A stretch of DNA of 64,000 bases from Paraspadella gotoi. Lineage: Eukaryota; Animalia; Chaetognatha. Every line of letters starts with the position of its first letter. Positions within the stretch are counted from its first letter, which is position 1. A program made the translations under genes and the position numbers. A model generated the notes under the pieces. It ran no database searches, was not told the DNA's origin, and was given only the letters and a program-made list of their open reading frames with translations. Where the stretch lies: contig CM119266.1 in assembly GCA_051294375.1 (NCBI GenBank), positions 4,292,931-4,356,930 on the forward strand. Reading direction: 5' to 3'. This document shows positions 13,067 to 26,900 of the stretch, one piece after another.

Positions 13067-16000
13067 CAAGTAAAAAAAATAAGTGAAAAAAAATCACTAT
13101 TAAATGGTATATTGAGTCTTATTCACTACAGGAGCGATCTGTTTTTAAGCTTATTTATATTTTTAATTTATTAGTAGTAACTCGACTTTTTAAATTTCAA
13201 GTGATATTATACAAGTATGAACCGTACAGGGAATAAGTATCTCAGGCTACGTGACCTATTCAAATGCATATAATTAAAAGGTAATAACGCTCTGTCCGAC
13301 CGACCATAGTTACTCATAAAATTTTCCAGTGAGTTGTCGTGACGCAACTCAAATGAAATAAGGATTTTAAAGCGTCTATTTACTTTTTTTCAACGAGTCG
13401 TAACAAATCGCCTTCAGTTTAAACAACGAGATGTCGCTGCGAACAAAAAAATTAAAGTTTTAAATTATTATAAATCGTAACGTGTAATAATTTGTGTTTG
13501 GAATTACGATTCGAACGATTGTCCATTGTCGTTGGTGAATTTGTACACTGAACGCCCTACGTTCTTGGCTGTCAAAGATAAAACAGTTTTCATTAAAACA
13601 TACGAAGCGATTGGGTTGGGGAGCCAAGTAAAGGTCCGGGGTTCCAGCCCACTTGCCTCCATGCAGTTAGGTGGGACTGTATCATGGAGCTGTAGGACAA
13701 TTAATTTATAAATAATTCATAAATTAATTTATAAATAAATTCTTAACAATGATTTCTTCTTCTACAATACGTACATTTACAAAACTAATTTATCTTATCA
13801 ACTCTAATTTAAGGCAAAGCGAATCAACATAAATAACTGCAGTTCAGCCATACACTGTCTCACTGACTCACTGGAGCTGTCTTGCATCTCCACAACGAAA
13901 CTGTTGTCAATCATTTGATTTAAAGTATGAAGTCCAACGAAATAATCAAAATAAGGATGTCCAAATCCATAGAGATAATCATCTGCGTGTCGACCTGAAA
14001 ACCAAATCTTTTTTTAATAATATTTTTTTTTCTTTTCTTTTCTTTAACTTTATTTCTCTGAATCCCTAACCCTAATCCATAATCTATAAACTTAACCTTT
14101 AAACTAATTCAATTCTTAATAAAAGCTGAAATGGGTCGTTTTTCTATTTCAACCTTTTGTGAAAGAAGTTGATCTCAACGAGTTATAATATTTAGTGCGG
14201 TGGCGTTGAAAGATGACAGGTTCAGTGGCTGCGGCTTCGGAAGTGCGTTGACGAGTTTCTGACTGTCGATCATCTATAAGTATTAGGGTAACAATAATAA
14301 ATTATATTAAATGAGAAAAAGTAAAATAAAAATATAGCTAAAAAAAGTGAGATATTTGCAATAATTAAAAGGAAAAACAACTGATAATTAGTAAATTAAG
14401 CAATACATTTTTCTAAATTAAAAACCTTCAGTCTCTCTCTTAAAACGACGATGAGGTTTTTTATCGCAAAACATTTCTTTCATTTCGTAGTTTCTAAAGC
14501 GGAACACCTGTAAAATTTATTGTATATTTAATATATTTACTGTAAATATATTCATTAGTTTGATAGATTCGTTCAAATAGATTCTGTTTTGACATGCTTT
14601 CGTTTCATAGATAGGTTACGACTGCCAACTATCGAATATGATGATAAACAATTTAATAACAGTTAGTTGCTTGTATTTTAATGCCAGTACTGAGTACAAT
14701 ATAGTATTTCCAAACTCTTACTTTTATAAAATTTAAAAAAAGGTTTTTTAAAACATTATACCACTTCATTGATAATGATTGGCAAGCCAGTCGCTCTGGG
14801 AGTGGATAAACTAGACTGAGAGAGAGTTTAGATTGAAAGCTTGCAGGGCCCTACTATTAGGGGTAGCCCCACTCAATGGGGTGAGTCAAAAATTTAGAAT
14901 AATTACATGCTCAAACGAAACTTTATACATTTTGAAGTATACTTTCAATGGACAAAACATTTCATATGTGGCTCTATACCCAAAAAATTATTTTTTTAAT
15001 ATTTAAATGAGAAAGGCCAAAATTTTTTTTGAAAATTTTTAAATTTTAAGACCAGTTTCAGATAGCTCATAAAAAGTTGTCTACACAAAGTATAATTCTT
15101 TTTTAAATATTTTCATGATAAGTGAGTCAAAAATAAGAAAAACCGTAAAAAATAATGATCATTATCATCTTTCTATGATTTTATCAGTTTTTTTATATTT
15201 TCACATAGAAAACGTAAGAATTTTTAAAAGCTGTAATTATATTTCTTGTTTAACTTTTTATGCTCTATCAGAATCCATCAAAAAATTTCAAGATTTAAAA
15301 AAAAAATTTTTATAATGTAAAAAAAGACAAGTAATATTTAATGTATTAATCAAAACGTATAATGTAAATTTTTTTGGAAAATGATTGCTTAAATATTTAG
15401 TCAAGACAACTAAAAATACTTTGCTAATAATCGAAATTTTATATTATCTCTGGAGTTGGTCCCTACTACTATGTAATTACCTTGTAAGAGGTATCAAGGC
15501 CATAGCCTGTCGATACTTTTATTCATTAATAAATTGATGATTTTAATATTGGTTCTAACAATATCGTAGCAAAAGCCTTCCGATTTTTAGGTTTCCCAAA
15601 AAATTTTATTTAAAATTAAAATTTGAATATTTTGTTCATTTGTTTTGTTTTTTTTTACCTCTCCATGAGGTTTGACCCCAGTTCTCTCATTGATTTTGGA
15701 GGGAGGAGGACATGATTTGGAGTTAACAACAATTCCACCTTTGTCGAAATCATCGGAACACTCTAAAGAATATTATTTACCTTATAATTCTGGTGTTTTT
15801 TTGACAAGATTCAAGAACAAAATAAATCTAATAAAAAATGTAACACTCACTTTGAGCTTCTTTTTCTGAAATTTGTTGGATTTTCATCGTTGCCTGGAAA
15901 AATAATGAGAGAGAAAAATAATCACTGGTACTAAACTTGTTATTAACTTGATTCGATGATCAAATGTCAAGTTATAATAAGTATTACTTGTTTTAATAAA

Positions 16001-19000
16001 GGCCATTCCTGACCGTCGGCAAGATTGTCATCACGATAAGACTTCCAAGTCATGTGCAGATGTCGCTCTGAAGCGGTCACGTCTAAAAATTAATTAAAAT
16101 GTTCAATCCCGGAAAAGCATTATAAAACAACTTTTTTCATACTTTCTTAACTCAAAAACCTTTTCTTACCTTTGCCAAACTTGTAAAGCCCCGTTAATTG
16201 ACCTTCACGACAGCCTTTGTTTTTGTACCACCAACCTCCATCTGACATTTAGCAATCATTTTCATTTTTTAAACAATTTGTAAAATGTAGTTTTCATTTC
16301 GGTTTAATAAAATTTTAGTTTTATCGACTTTCACGATTATGCAGAGCAGGGTTTATTTTTTGTTTACAAGTCTCACCTCAAACCTCTTTGCTTATTTTTT
16401 TTTCTCTAAAAACGATAAAAAAATAATCCTTGAGAGATATGCACATATATGCACATATATATAATATATATATAATATTATATATAATGTACCTACAAGC
16501 ATTATGAATTTTGTTCTTTTTAAGGAATGTAATTCGGACGGACAGACGGACGCAACCAAAACACTTTAAACGCAACAAATGTTTGAGAAATTAATTAAAT
16601 TTTACAAACGTGTCTTATCACTGCAGTCCGTTTCATCGGAGCCCTTCGCTTTAAACGAAACGCCATCTAGCTGCAAGAAACCGTCTCCCGCCGCACGGGC
16701 CCCATTTTTCCAAGGACGCCATCCACCATTCGGCAGAGTTGTTCGATAACATTTAACCTGAGAATTTTTATTTAAAAAATAATAATTTTCACGAATCAAA
16801 ATTAAGTAAATTTTCTCATCAAATATTGACAATAGCAGGAGCTTGTTCCGGTTTTAAATTTAATATCATCGCATCAGCATACTAATCATTGTTATTAAAA
16901 TAAAACAAATTACAACTTATTTTATACAATGGTACCTGTTTAATCAAAAATGAACATTTTTTTTGTTGAATAAAAGTTATCTCATTCGATTTTAACATGA
17001 TAATCGGAACCTCACTTTTAAACTCACAATTAATTTGTATTTTCCTTCCAACGATTTAACAAGCCCGAACTTGTCATAAAGAGCAACGGCGTGTGTTCTG
17101 TCCTCATATTCCAGCTCAACAATAAGACGCCAGCTAAAGAGAAATTAACTTAATATTTTCAATGCAACATTTATTTTCGAAACGATGCATAGGATGATAA
17201 AGGAAGTAAATTAAAAGGACCGGAATAAATAAAGAGATTTTACAAAAAAATAACAATATTAAAAAATCTTAAAAGTATATGGATCTCGCCAGCCAGCTAT
17301 CAAAGAAAATTAATGACCAGTGGCTGTGCCAATATATGTAAATCGCTTTCAAAAGCTTAAACTGAACTGTTACTACGGCAATAATAATATTTTTTTAAAT
17401 TTGCATCATTTTTTAACTTTTTTATTTTTTCAACTTGTATTATTTTTTAGCGTGTATCAATTTTTTAACTTACATTATTTTTTTAGCTTTATTATTTTTT
17501 TAGCATTTATCATTTTTTTAACTTGTATTATTTTTTTAACTTGTATCATTTTTTCAACTTGCATCATTTTTTTAATTTGCATACTTTTTTAAACTTGTAT
17601 ACTTTTTTTAACTTGTATTAGATCCAAAGACTCACAAATCATGATATCTGAGTTTGGACTTTACTTCGTCACAAGGATTTATCATTTGGATCATTGCGTC
17701 ATTTGTGCTTTAGTTTATTCATTGGTTTTTAAGTTTATACTGATTTTTGTAATTATTTTAAGTGTTTAAATAATAATTTTGATAATTATTCTTTATTGTA
17801 CTGTTTGAATATCTATATGCTTTAATTATTTTATTAAGGTACCCTTTTTAAACTCTTCATAAACTCAGAGAAATAAAGAGACTATTTGATCGTCGATCTG
17901 CTCAAGCTACCAAATCATGCCTTTGAAGAATCTCTGGACTACCGAAGCATCTCGCTGGGGTTGAGGAGTTTTTTCAAATATTTTTTTGAATATTCTCGGG
18001 GGCGTTTTCGGAGGACAGACCAGAGGGTCCTAACACTTGTATAATTTTTTTAACTTATATAATTTTCAACTTGTATAATTTTTTTATCTTACATAATTTT
18101 TTTAATAACTTGCATAATTTTTTTAACTTGCATAATTTTTTCAACATGCATAATTTTTTTAACTTATATAATTTTTTCAACTTGTATAATTTTTTTTTCA
18201 ATTTGCATAATTTTTTCAACTTGCATAATTTTTTTAACTTGCATAATTTTTTCAACTTACAAAATTTTTTTTAACTTGCAGGATTTTTTAACTTTCAACT
18301 ATCTAGTTATCAAGTTCCATTAGTGAGGCAGTGAGGAAGTTTAAATGTGTATCCATTTTTTTGGTTTCATATCGATTCAAATATTTTTTATTTGAATTTT
18401 TATTTAATCATGATTTACTGCAATATGCAAATTAGATTATAATATTTTTTCATTAATTTTTTTTGATAGTAAGGTCTGGCAAGATCATTATACTTTTAAG
18501 ATTATTGTGCATACGGCGAAAGGAGGCCATTCACAACGCAAGCAACAAAAAATAGTAAAACAGGTAATTTGGCATATTTTCATATTTTGCAAAAATATAA
18601 AAAAAATTATTTTTAAAAATATTTACGATAACAAAATCGAAAAAAAACATTTATTATTTTTTTGAAGAGCAGGTGCAAATGAAGATCTAGTGGGTGCAGA
18701 TAAAATTTTTTGAATGTTCCTTTGTCTTACAAAAGGCCTCCTGTTTTGTAAAGCCCTCTAGTAGAATAGGGTGAAAATACAAAAAAGATTTAATAGGACT
18801 GTTCTTTTGTTTCAGAAAAGATATACTAAAACGAAATTTCATTGCTATTTTGTTTTAAAAACGCTTTTTTGTTTGTGGAGCCATCTGGTTTATTAAGACC
18901 AAAACAAGCAAAATTTTTATATTTTGTATAATTTATTGTTTTGTGTTTTGTTTTGTGTTAATCGTTTTTTGTTTTTTACTGTTTCCGGTTTTATGATTTT

Positions 19001-22000
19001 GACATTTGATCCTTGAAAGTTCTTAAACGTTATTTTTTATAGTTTTTTATAGTAACATTTATTAATGATTCTATTTTAAACGTTAGTGTCTTTTGTTTTT
19101 ATTGAATTTCAATACGTAGTTTAGTATTTATTTGTTTTCCAGTCTTTTACACTGTTACTGTTTATGATTATGTTAATACTGTTTTTGGTATTAAAATAAA
19201 AAGAAAAAAAAAAGCGTGACACCGACAACGACGATGATGATAACGACGACGACGACGTCACAAAGAAGCCATTCTGAATTATTATCGAGCCAGGACGGAC
19301 TTCGCCGTCTGGCTCGTTAAAAACTGTGGCAACGACGGGCATCGACTGAAGCGTGAGAAGGCGGCATTGAGATTTTTTTTTCAATATCGTCACAAAACTT
19401 ATATTTTAGGTTACTTTGTCATATTTATTTTAGACTCCTTACCTATGTTTTTTAGTCTTGGCAGCTAAGGTAGCAATAAGGCTTAGACTTAGCATAAACG
19501 AAGAGTGAACCCCAACTGTACCAATTCCCTAAAAAAAAAGTTATGTCTAGTAACCTTTCTTAAAAAGGAATAACATGTCTTCAAAATTCATAATAATATG
19601 GTGGACTAAAATCCACCAACCGTTCGTCAGTGACCATTGGTGCCGGAGGCAAATCATTCGGGGACGAGGCGCTTAACCCGCCTGTAACATGGTGTTACAG
19701 CCTGATCCGAAGCTCAGGGACTGCTTTTATTGAACGGTTCTGTCACTAACACAACAATAATTACTGTCTCTTCAATAATTCAATAACTATTCAACAATTC
19801 ATGGTTAGTTGAATACCGAACAAGTTATATTCATTAACATTAGTCTTTTTTGTTATATTGCCAAAATTCAGATTTAACTAAAATGGAAACAGCGGTAAAT
19901 ATTTAAACTGCAAGAGCAAAAAGCCCACGCAAACTTCCCTCATATTATTAAAAACAATATTAACATTATTAACCACCAAAGCAACGGTTTAACACTTCAG
20001 TTACCACTTCATTATATTTATAAATATCTTGATCAAAATCGCCGGGATCTTCTTTGAAACGTTGAAAGATAACAATGCTTGAAGACTAACAAGTAAAATC
20101 CAGTAAAGATTTATTTATATTCCGCATAAAAATTATATAAAATACCTGATCCTTGTCATCTTCCGCATTACATAATACTTTTACCAACTCTTCTTGATCT
20201 TCCTTCTTCAAAAATATTCTGAATAATTGAAAATGTTTAAAGTAACTATAACATTAGGAGCAGACGACTATCATTTATGTCTATTGCCTGAGCTTATGGT
20301 GGACTAAAATTCCCCAACCGGTCATCGGCAGCCAATGGTGCAGGAGGCAAGTCATTCGCCTCCTCAACCCAAAGGTCCGGGGTTCTAGTCCGGTAGACCC
20401 CTATCAGTTAAAAGGGACAGGGCGCTTAACCCGCCTCTAACACGGTGTTACAGCCTGATCCGAAGCTCAGGGACTGCTTATATTGAACAGTTCGGACACT
20501 AACACACAACAATCATCACTGTCTCTTCAATCTTTTAATTAATACATACATAAAAATGAGTATGCATAAATACTCTTCTCGTATAAGTCTTAAAAAATAG
20601 GTAGTCGGACAAACAGACCTGAATACTCCCGTCGCTCTGTATCCATTAAGAGTCATTGCAGAATTGCAGTCAGTTGGCACAGGATTCTGACATCGTGTAC
20701 CAATAAAACCTTTCTTACATGCGCAAACAAATAGCTGTAGAAAGAATGTACAATAATTTTGACATAATAATAATAATAATAATAATGTCGAAGACAAAAA
20801 ACGTTTGTCTTACTTGAGAAGTTAATCGTTGATACTTGTTATCGGTTTCCGTACATGTACCGCCATTCATACAAATACTCTTTTCAGGGAAAGTCACATT
20901 AATAAAATCGTTTCTCGATTCAATTATTATTTGACGTGCTGATTAAGATTAATGAATAATGACGATTGTTGCTAGTAAAGCATTAGTAATTTTAAATATT
21001 TTTTCAAAAGTCCTACGACAATCTTATCAGCTAGTTACAGTACTTTACATTTTTGCCAAATTGTCAAATTTTTCAAATTGTTTACTGTTCAACTAGTTAG
21101 GAGTCTACCTCGCTCCTAGAAGTTAAGGAAGATTTTTTCAACGGAGATTTTCTTTTCTACCAAACTTTATAAACGGCCCTGGGGAAAATTCCGGTAAAAA
21201 AATAGATGTAAAAATACTCGATTTCGACAGTGTTGCGTCTGAAGAGCTCGCAGTTTTTTTCTCTTTTAAAATCATTAACATTTTGATATCAAACAAGCCA
21301 GGACAAATAGACTGCTTGTGTATGGAAAAAATATCCATCTCTGATTTTATATAGAAATGAAAAGGATTTTTTCCTTGAAAATGATACAAACGTGACTGAG
21401 GTAAGTTCCTGTTCAACAAATGACGTCAAATTTAATAATCCTCTGACTAGGTGTCTGAAGGGCTCTCAAAATTTTTCTTTACATTTTATGTGGTTATTTT
21501 AATATGATACGATCATGATAAAGTGGATTAATCGTTTTTGGTGAAATTTTTATTTTTACTAAAAGTAAAATAGGAGCTAACGATTGGAATTCTAAGAGTT
21601 TTCAACCAGTAGTCAGATTCAGGAAAAATCCTTTTTGGTGAAAATCTTCTATAAAAGGGATTGATTTTCTAAAGATTTTGGTTAATATTTTCTATATTCA
21701 TGTCCGGATTTTTTTGAAACCTAACAATAGCAATTTTGCCATCATTCTACCTTGGCCGGTATAAGAATATATTAAAAAAACCTTTGGCTTTTTTCGTCAG
21801 TTTAGTCCTAAACTAGTACTTAAATAATAATAATAAATATTGTCTTTATTTAAAACAGGACATGATCGTGTTTCTTAATATGACTTTCCTTTATGTCACA
21901 CGGCCGGTGAGTTTCACAAAGCTCGCCCCGATAACCTAATTTTAAAAAGCAAGCCATATTTTTTTGGTCAACAAATCAATTGGCGTTCACTAACTGCACC

Positions 22001-23941
22001 TATCTTGCATTCACACGCCCAAGATCCATTGGTAAGTTGAACACAAGGATTGTCAAAAAAACAAGTTTTGTCACACGTTTCAAAGTCCCGAACTTTCATA
22101 AAATGTCTGTAAAAGTTTGCAAATTAAGTATGAAATTTCAAATAAATTCAAATAAATTTAGGACGGCAAATGAAACGATAAAGCAAAAATCATAAATCAT
22201 ATTCATAAGGATGCAATGTCAAAACTTGGTTGGAATTCTGACAACATACTGAACTTTAATTTTTTTATGTAAGTTTTTAAAGACCATCGCAGATGGAATC
22301 GAAAGCAAGAATGGAATCGGATCCGAGACTCGGATGAAATTCGCCGAGGTCTCTCTGATTGGATGAATCATCATCGAAACGGACCAATGAGAGGAGAGGC
22401 TTCATGCCAACGGAAACCGAGGACCGGGCGATTGATCCGATCGTATGGTATAAATACTTGACCATTTAGTATTGAATCCATCTGAATCCATTCTGACTCC
22501 GCTTGTCATATTTCTCAGAATAAAATCCACTTTGGTTTCATGTTGAAATCTCTGTCTACTTACTTCAATGTGGTGGCAGCGGTGGGATTCGAACCCACGC
22601 CTCCGAAGAGACTTAAATGAGACCAAAACTACAATATCAACGAATGCCTTCGCCGATGGGAATTATTAATATACCTTAACTTAAAATCAAGCTTATACAT
22701 ATTGACCTGTGAACGGAAACGCCGATGCCGATGGCGAGAAGGCATAGACCGATGGCAGCAATGATGAAGGCGTAATGATTTCTGCAGTCGAACAGAAGAA
22801 CCGTAGTTCTGCAGAGAAATTAGAAAATAGAATTAGAGAGAGGCCACAAAAAAAAAGACTTTCAACCTTTTAGCGTTGCACGTTCTGCACATGGAAGGCG
22901 TGGTCCCGTACGAGTACCAGTAGGACGAGTACGAGTGCGTATGAGAGGGCGACAAGTCGTTCGATGCCCGATCCGCGTTTTCGTTGTCGTCGTCGTCATT
23001 GCGATTCGCGTTTCGATTTCTGCGCCGCATCGATCGAGGATTCACACTGTGGCGCTTTCTTTTTTTAAATTTAGAAAGACAAAGTTGTAAAAGTAAATAC
23101 ATAGTAGTGAATCTCAAATCTTGGAAAAATCTATGGTACAATTAAATAAAATACTTCTGGGGAGAATTCTAAATTTGCCTCGCTGATACTATCAGTGATA
23201 GGGCGAAATGCTCTTCGATGCCCCCTTGCCGTATGACGGAGCAGCGAATCTCTCTCGCTCTCTGGCTGGATGAATCAAAGTCAGGATTGGGATCGACAAA
23301 AACGATAATAATTTGAACGATGGATTAATTGTTTAGGGTTTCAGTTAAGGATAAGGTTAGATTAGGGCAGAGATGTGGACGCGATCCGGAAAGCGTAAGC
23401 GAACNNNNNNNNNNNNNNNNNNNNNNNNNNNNNNNNNNNNNNNNNNNNNNNNNNNNNNNNNNNNNNNNNNNNNNNNNNNNNNNNNNNNNNNNNNNNNNNN
23501 NNNNAGATAATAAGCTAATTATTATAATTAGCAACTATGCATAATTAATAAATAATAATTTTTTTTCAGCATAACACTTTACCATTAGACCAAGTAATGT
23601 TAGAGTAATTTTTACTGAGAAAAAAAATTATATCGTTCAAGTATTTTGAGCACAGTATGCAAATTAAATTTTTTTTAAAAAATGATGCTCAAAACAAAAC
23701 TTCAAAATTTTTTTTTGAAATATAGAATGGGGAATAGACCATACCGAGTTCCATCCCACACATGCATATCAAGTCATTCCATTCATTATTATAGATGATA
23801 TAGCTTCCCTGGACTTATGAAGGAAAGCCAAGACCGGTACTGTATCAAATAAAATTGAAATTCCCTAAAATATGAAAAAAAATATTCATCTACCTTCAGT
23901 TAAGATTACGAGCGAAATTTTGATTGAAATCCAAAATCGTT

Positions 23942-23997
<56 letters not shown>

Positions 23998-26900
23998 AAG
24001 ATATCTTCAAAGATTCAATCAGTCGATTATTACCAAAATAAAATTGTATTTCATCATTTATTGTAAATATGTGTATAAAAGAAAATTCAAATTCGATTTG
24101 AACGATCCCTTTGAAAAAGTTTCAATTTTACTTCGAAGAATTATTCTAAAATGAAATCATATTTAATTTTAGTCCTTGTCTTCTTGTTGGGCAATCAAGG
24201 TAAAAAAAGCTATTTTATCTAATTTACACTCAAACAATTTGTGCAAACAATGACGGATCTGCCCACGATCATTATCGGTAATTAATTAGGCAATTAATTA
24301 ATTAATTTGATCCAAATTGTTTGTTTTTAGGTCTTTTCGTCACTAACTATGACAAAAGCAATGACAACGATGATAATAATGCCGATAACGATTGACTTGA
24401 TTGATTTGATTCGAATATTAATTAATAATTAAATAAATTGATTGATTGACTAATTAATTGATTGATTTATTACTGATTAATTAATACATCTTGGATTTAT
24501 ATTTAATATAAATAAGAAAAAAAAAGCATAATCAATTAGTGAAACAGTTTTTTTTTTGCCGGATCTGCTTACAGCAGATTCCGGCTCTATAATTCACTTT
24601 GTCGGTCCGTCGGTCAGCCCGCCAAATCTTGTGGGGCATACACTTATATCATGTCAGAACATCGAATTATGATAAATTATGCGAAAAAAATTATGTCTGT
24701 CTGTGTCTGTCCGTCTGTCTGTCTGTCCGTCCATCCGTCCCACCTTAGCAAAAATATCCATTACTCGTGATTGGATGGATGGATTGGAATGAAGTTTTGT
24801 GTGTGGGTAGGGAAGTATGTGATTGAGCTAAAAATGAGTTTAATGGAAAAAACCAAAAAAATGTATTTTACTATTTGAACGCCAATTTCTCATGAGTGGA
24901 AGGGCCGATTGACTTAAAATTTTCTATGTGGGTAGGAAAGTGTGTGATTAAGCTGTAAATAAAATTTCGATGGAATCGTCCGAATGAAAATGAGTTTAAA
25001 TGGAAAAAACAAAAAAACCTGTTTCACGAATTGATTATGCTTCTTTTTCTTTTTACATTAAATGTAAATGTAAGATGTATTAATTAATCAAATAATTAAT
25101 CAGTTAATTAATCAATTAATCAGTCAATTAATCAAGCAGTCAATTAATAAATCAATTAATTATTAAATCAATCAATTATTTATCTATTAATTATTTAATT
25201 CAATTAATCAATTTATTTATCAATTAATTAACTATTTAATCAATCAATCGATCAAGTCAATCGTCATCGGCATTATTGTCGTCATCATTGCTTTTGTTGT
25301 GGTTAGTGACGAAAAGACCTAAAAACAAACATTTTGGATCAAATTAATTAATTAATTACTGCTAATGATTGTGCGAGTGGAAATCAGTTTAAACGGAAAA
25401 AACAAAAGTCATATTTACTTAAAGCATTTTTCCTTATATTTACTCATAATTATTATATTGATTAAAAATTGAATAGATAAATTGAAATGAAATTTTGTTT
25501 GTGGGTAGGAAACTATGAGATTAAGCTGGATATAAGTTTTTGATGGAATCGTAGGAGTGGAAAAGTTTAAAACAGAAAACCGAAAGACACATTTATGTCA
25601 AAAGTTTCTCTCTATCTCTCTCTGATTGATTGACCAAATTATGCTGGTTGACCAAATTTTGCAGTTGCGAATAGTATGTCAGTTGACCAAATTATGCCAG
25701 CTGACCAAATTACGACAATTGACCAAATTATGCAAGTTGTTCGAATTATGCAAATTATGCAAATTATGCCGGTTGCCAAATTATGCCAGTTGACCTAATT
25801 ATGTCACCTGACCAAATTAAGCAAGTTAACCAAATTATGCCTGTTTACCAATTTATGCCAGTTGACCAAATTATACCAGTTGACCAAATTATGCCAGTTG
25901 ACCAAATTACATCACTTGAGCATATTATACCAATTGACCGAATTATGCCTGTTGACCAAATTATGCCAGATGACAAAATTATATCAATTGACCAAATTAT
26001 GCCAGATGACCAAATTATGTCAATTTACCAAATTATGCCAGTTGATTTAATTATGCAAGTTGATTAAATTATGAAAGTTGACCAAATTATGCAAGTTGGG
26101 ATTGGCATAGCTACTGGTAATGATTGATAGATCAATTGATTTAGAGATTTTTTCATAGATTTATTAAGATGTCTGTTATGATTTGTTATAATCACATGTT
26201 GAGATTCAGACAAATTACCAGGATTTATCATCGGATTAGCTTATTACCGCTTAATTATCGTAGGCAGATCCGACATTGTTTGCTCAAACTTGTTCCTTTT
26301 ATTTTTTTCTTTCGCCTCTTTGGCGATCTATCTCACTCTACACTCTCTTTTTCTCCACTCCCTCTCTCTCTCCTTTTTCAACCTCTTTCTGTCTCTCTCC
26401 CTTCTCTCATTACCAACAGCCCTTCAAGCTTCGGCCAACTGCGTCAATCCGGGCGTGCTCGCCCTCCGCGTCTCCGCTGGCTCAGGCATCAACGTTTATG
26501 ACGCATGGACGATGGGTGAGTTACGAATTAAATAAAGAAAAACCAATCAAGTATATTAAGAAGACCCTGTCAAGTAAGTCAAGAAGACCTCTTCAAGTAA
26601 GTTAAGAAGACCTCTTCAAGTTCAGAAGACTGTCAAGTAAGTTCAGAAGACCCAGTTTAATAAGTTAAGAAGACCTGCTGAAGTAAGTTATGAAGACTCA
26701 GTCAAGTAAGTTAAGAAGACCCGGTTTAATAAGTTAAGAAAACCCGGTCAAGTTAAGAAGACTGTGACAAGTAAGTTAAGAAGACCTGTTCAAGAAAGTT
26801 AAGAAGCCCCTATCAAGTTAGTTAAGAAGACCCTGTCAAGTAAGTTTAGAAGACCTCTTCAAGTATGTTCAGAAGACCCTGTCAAGTAAGTTAAGAAGAC

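Noticed and set aside
22571-22613. tRNA-Leu gene
   Set aside because: Only the 3' 43 nt are present, with no D arm or anticodon arm; treated as a PBS or cDNA copy.
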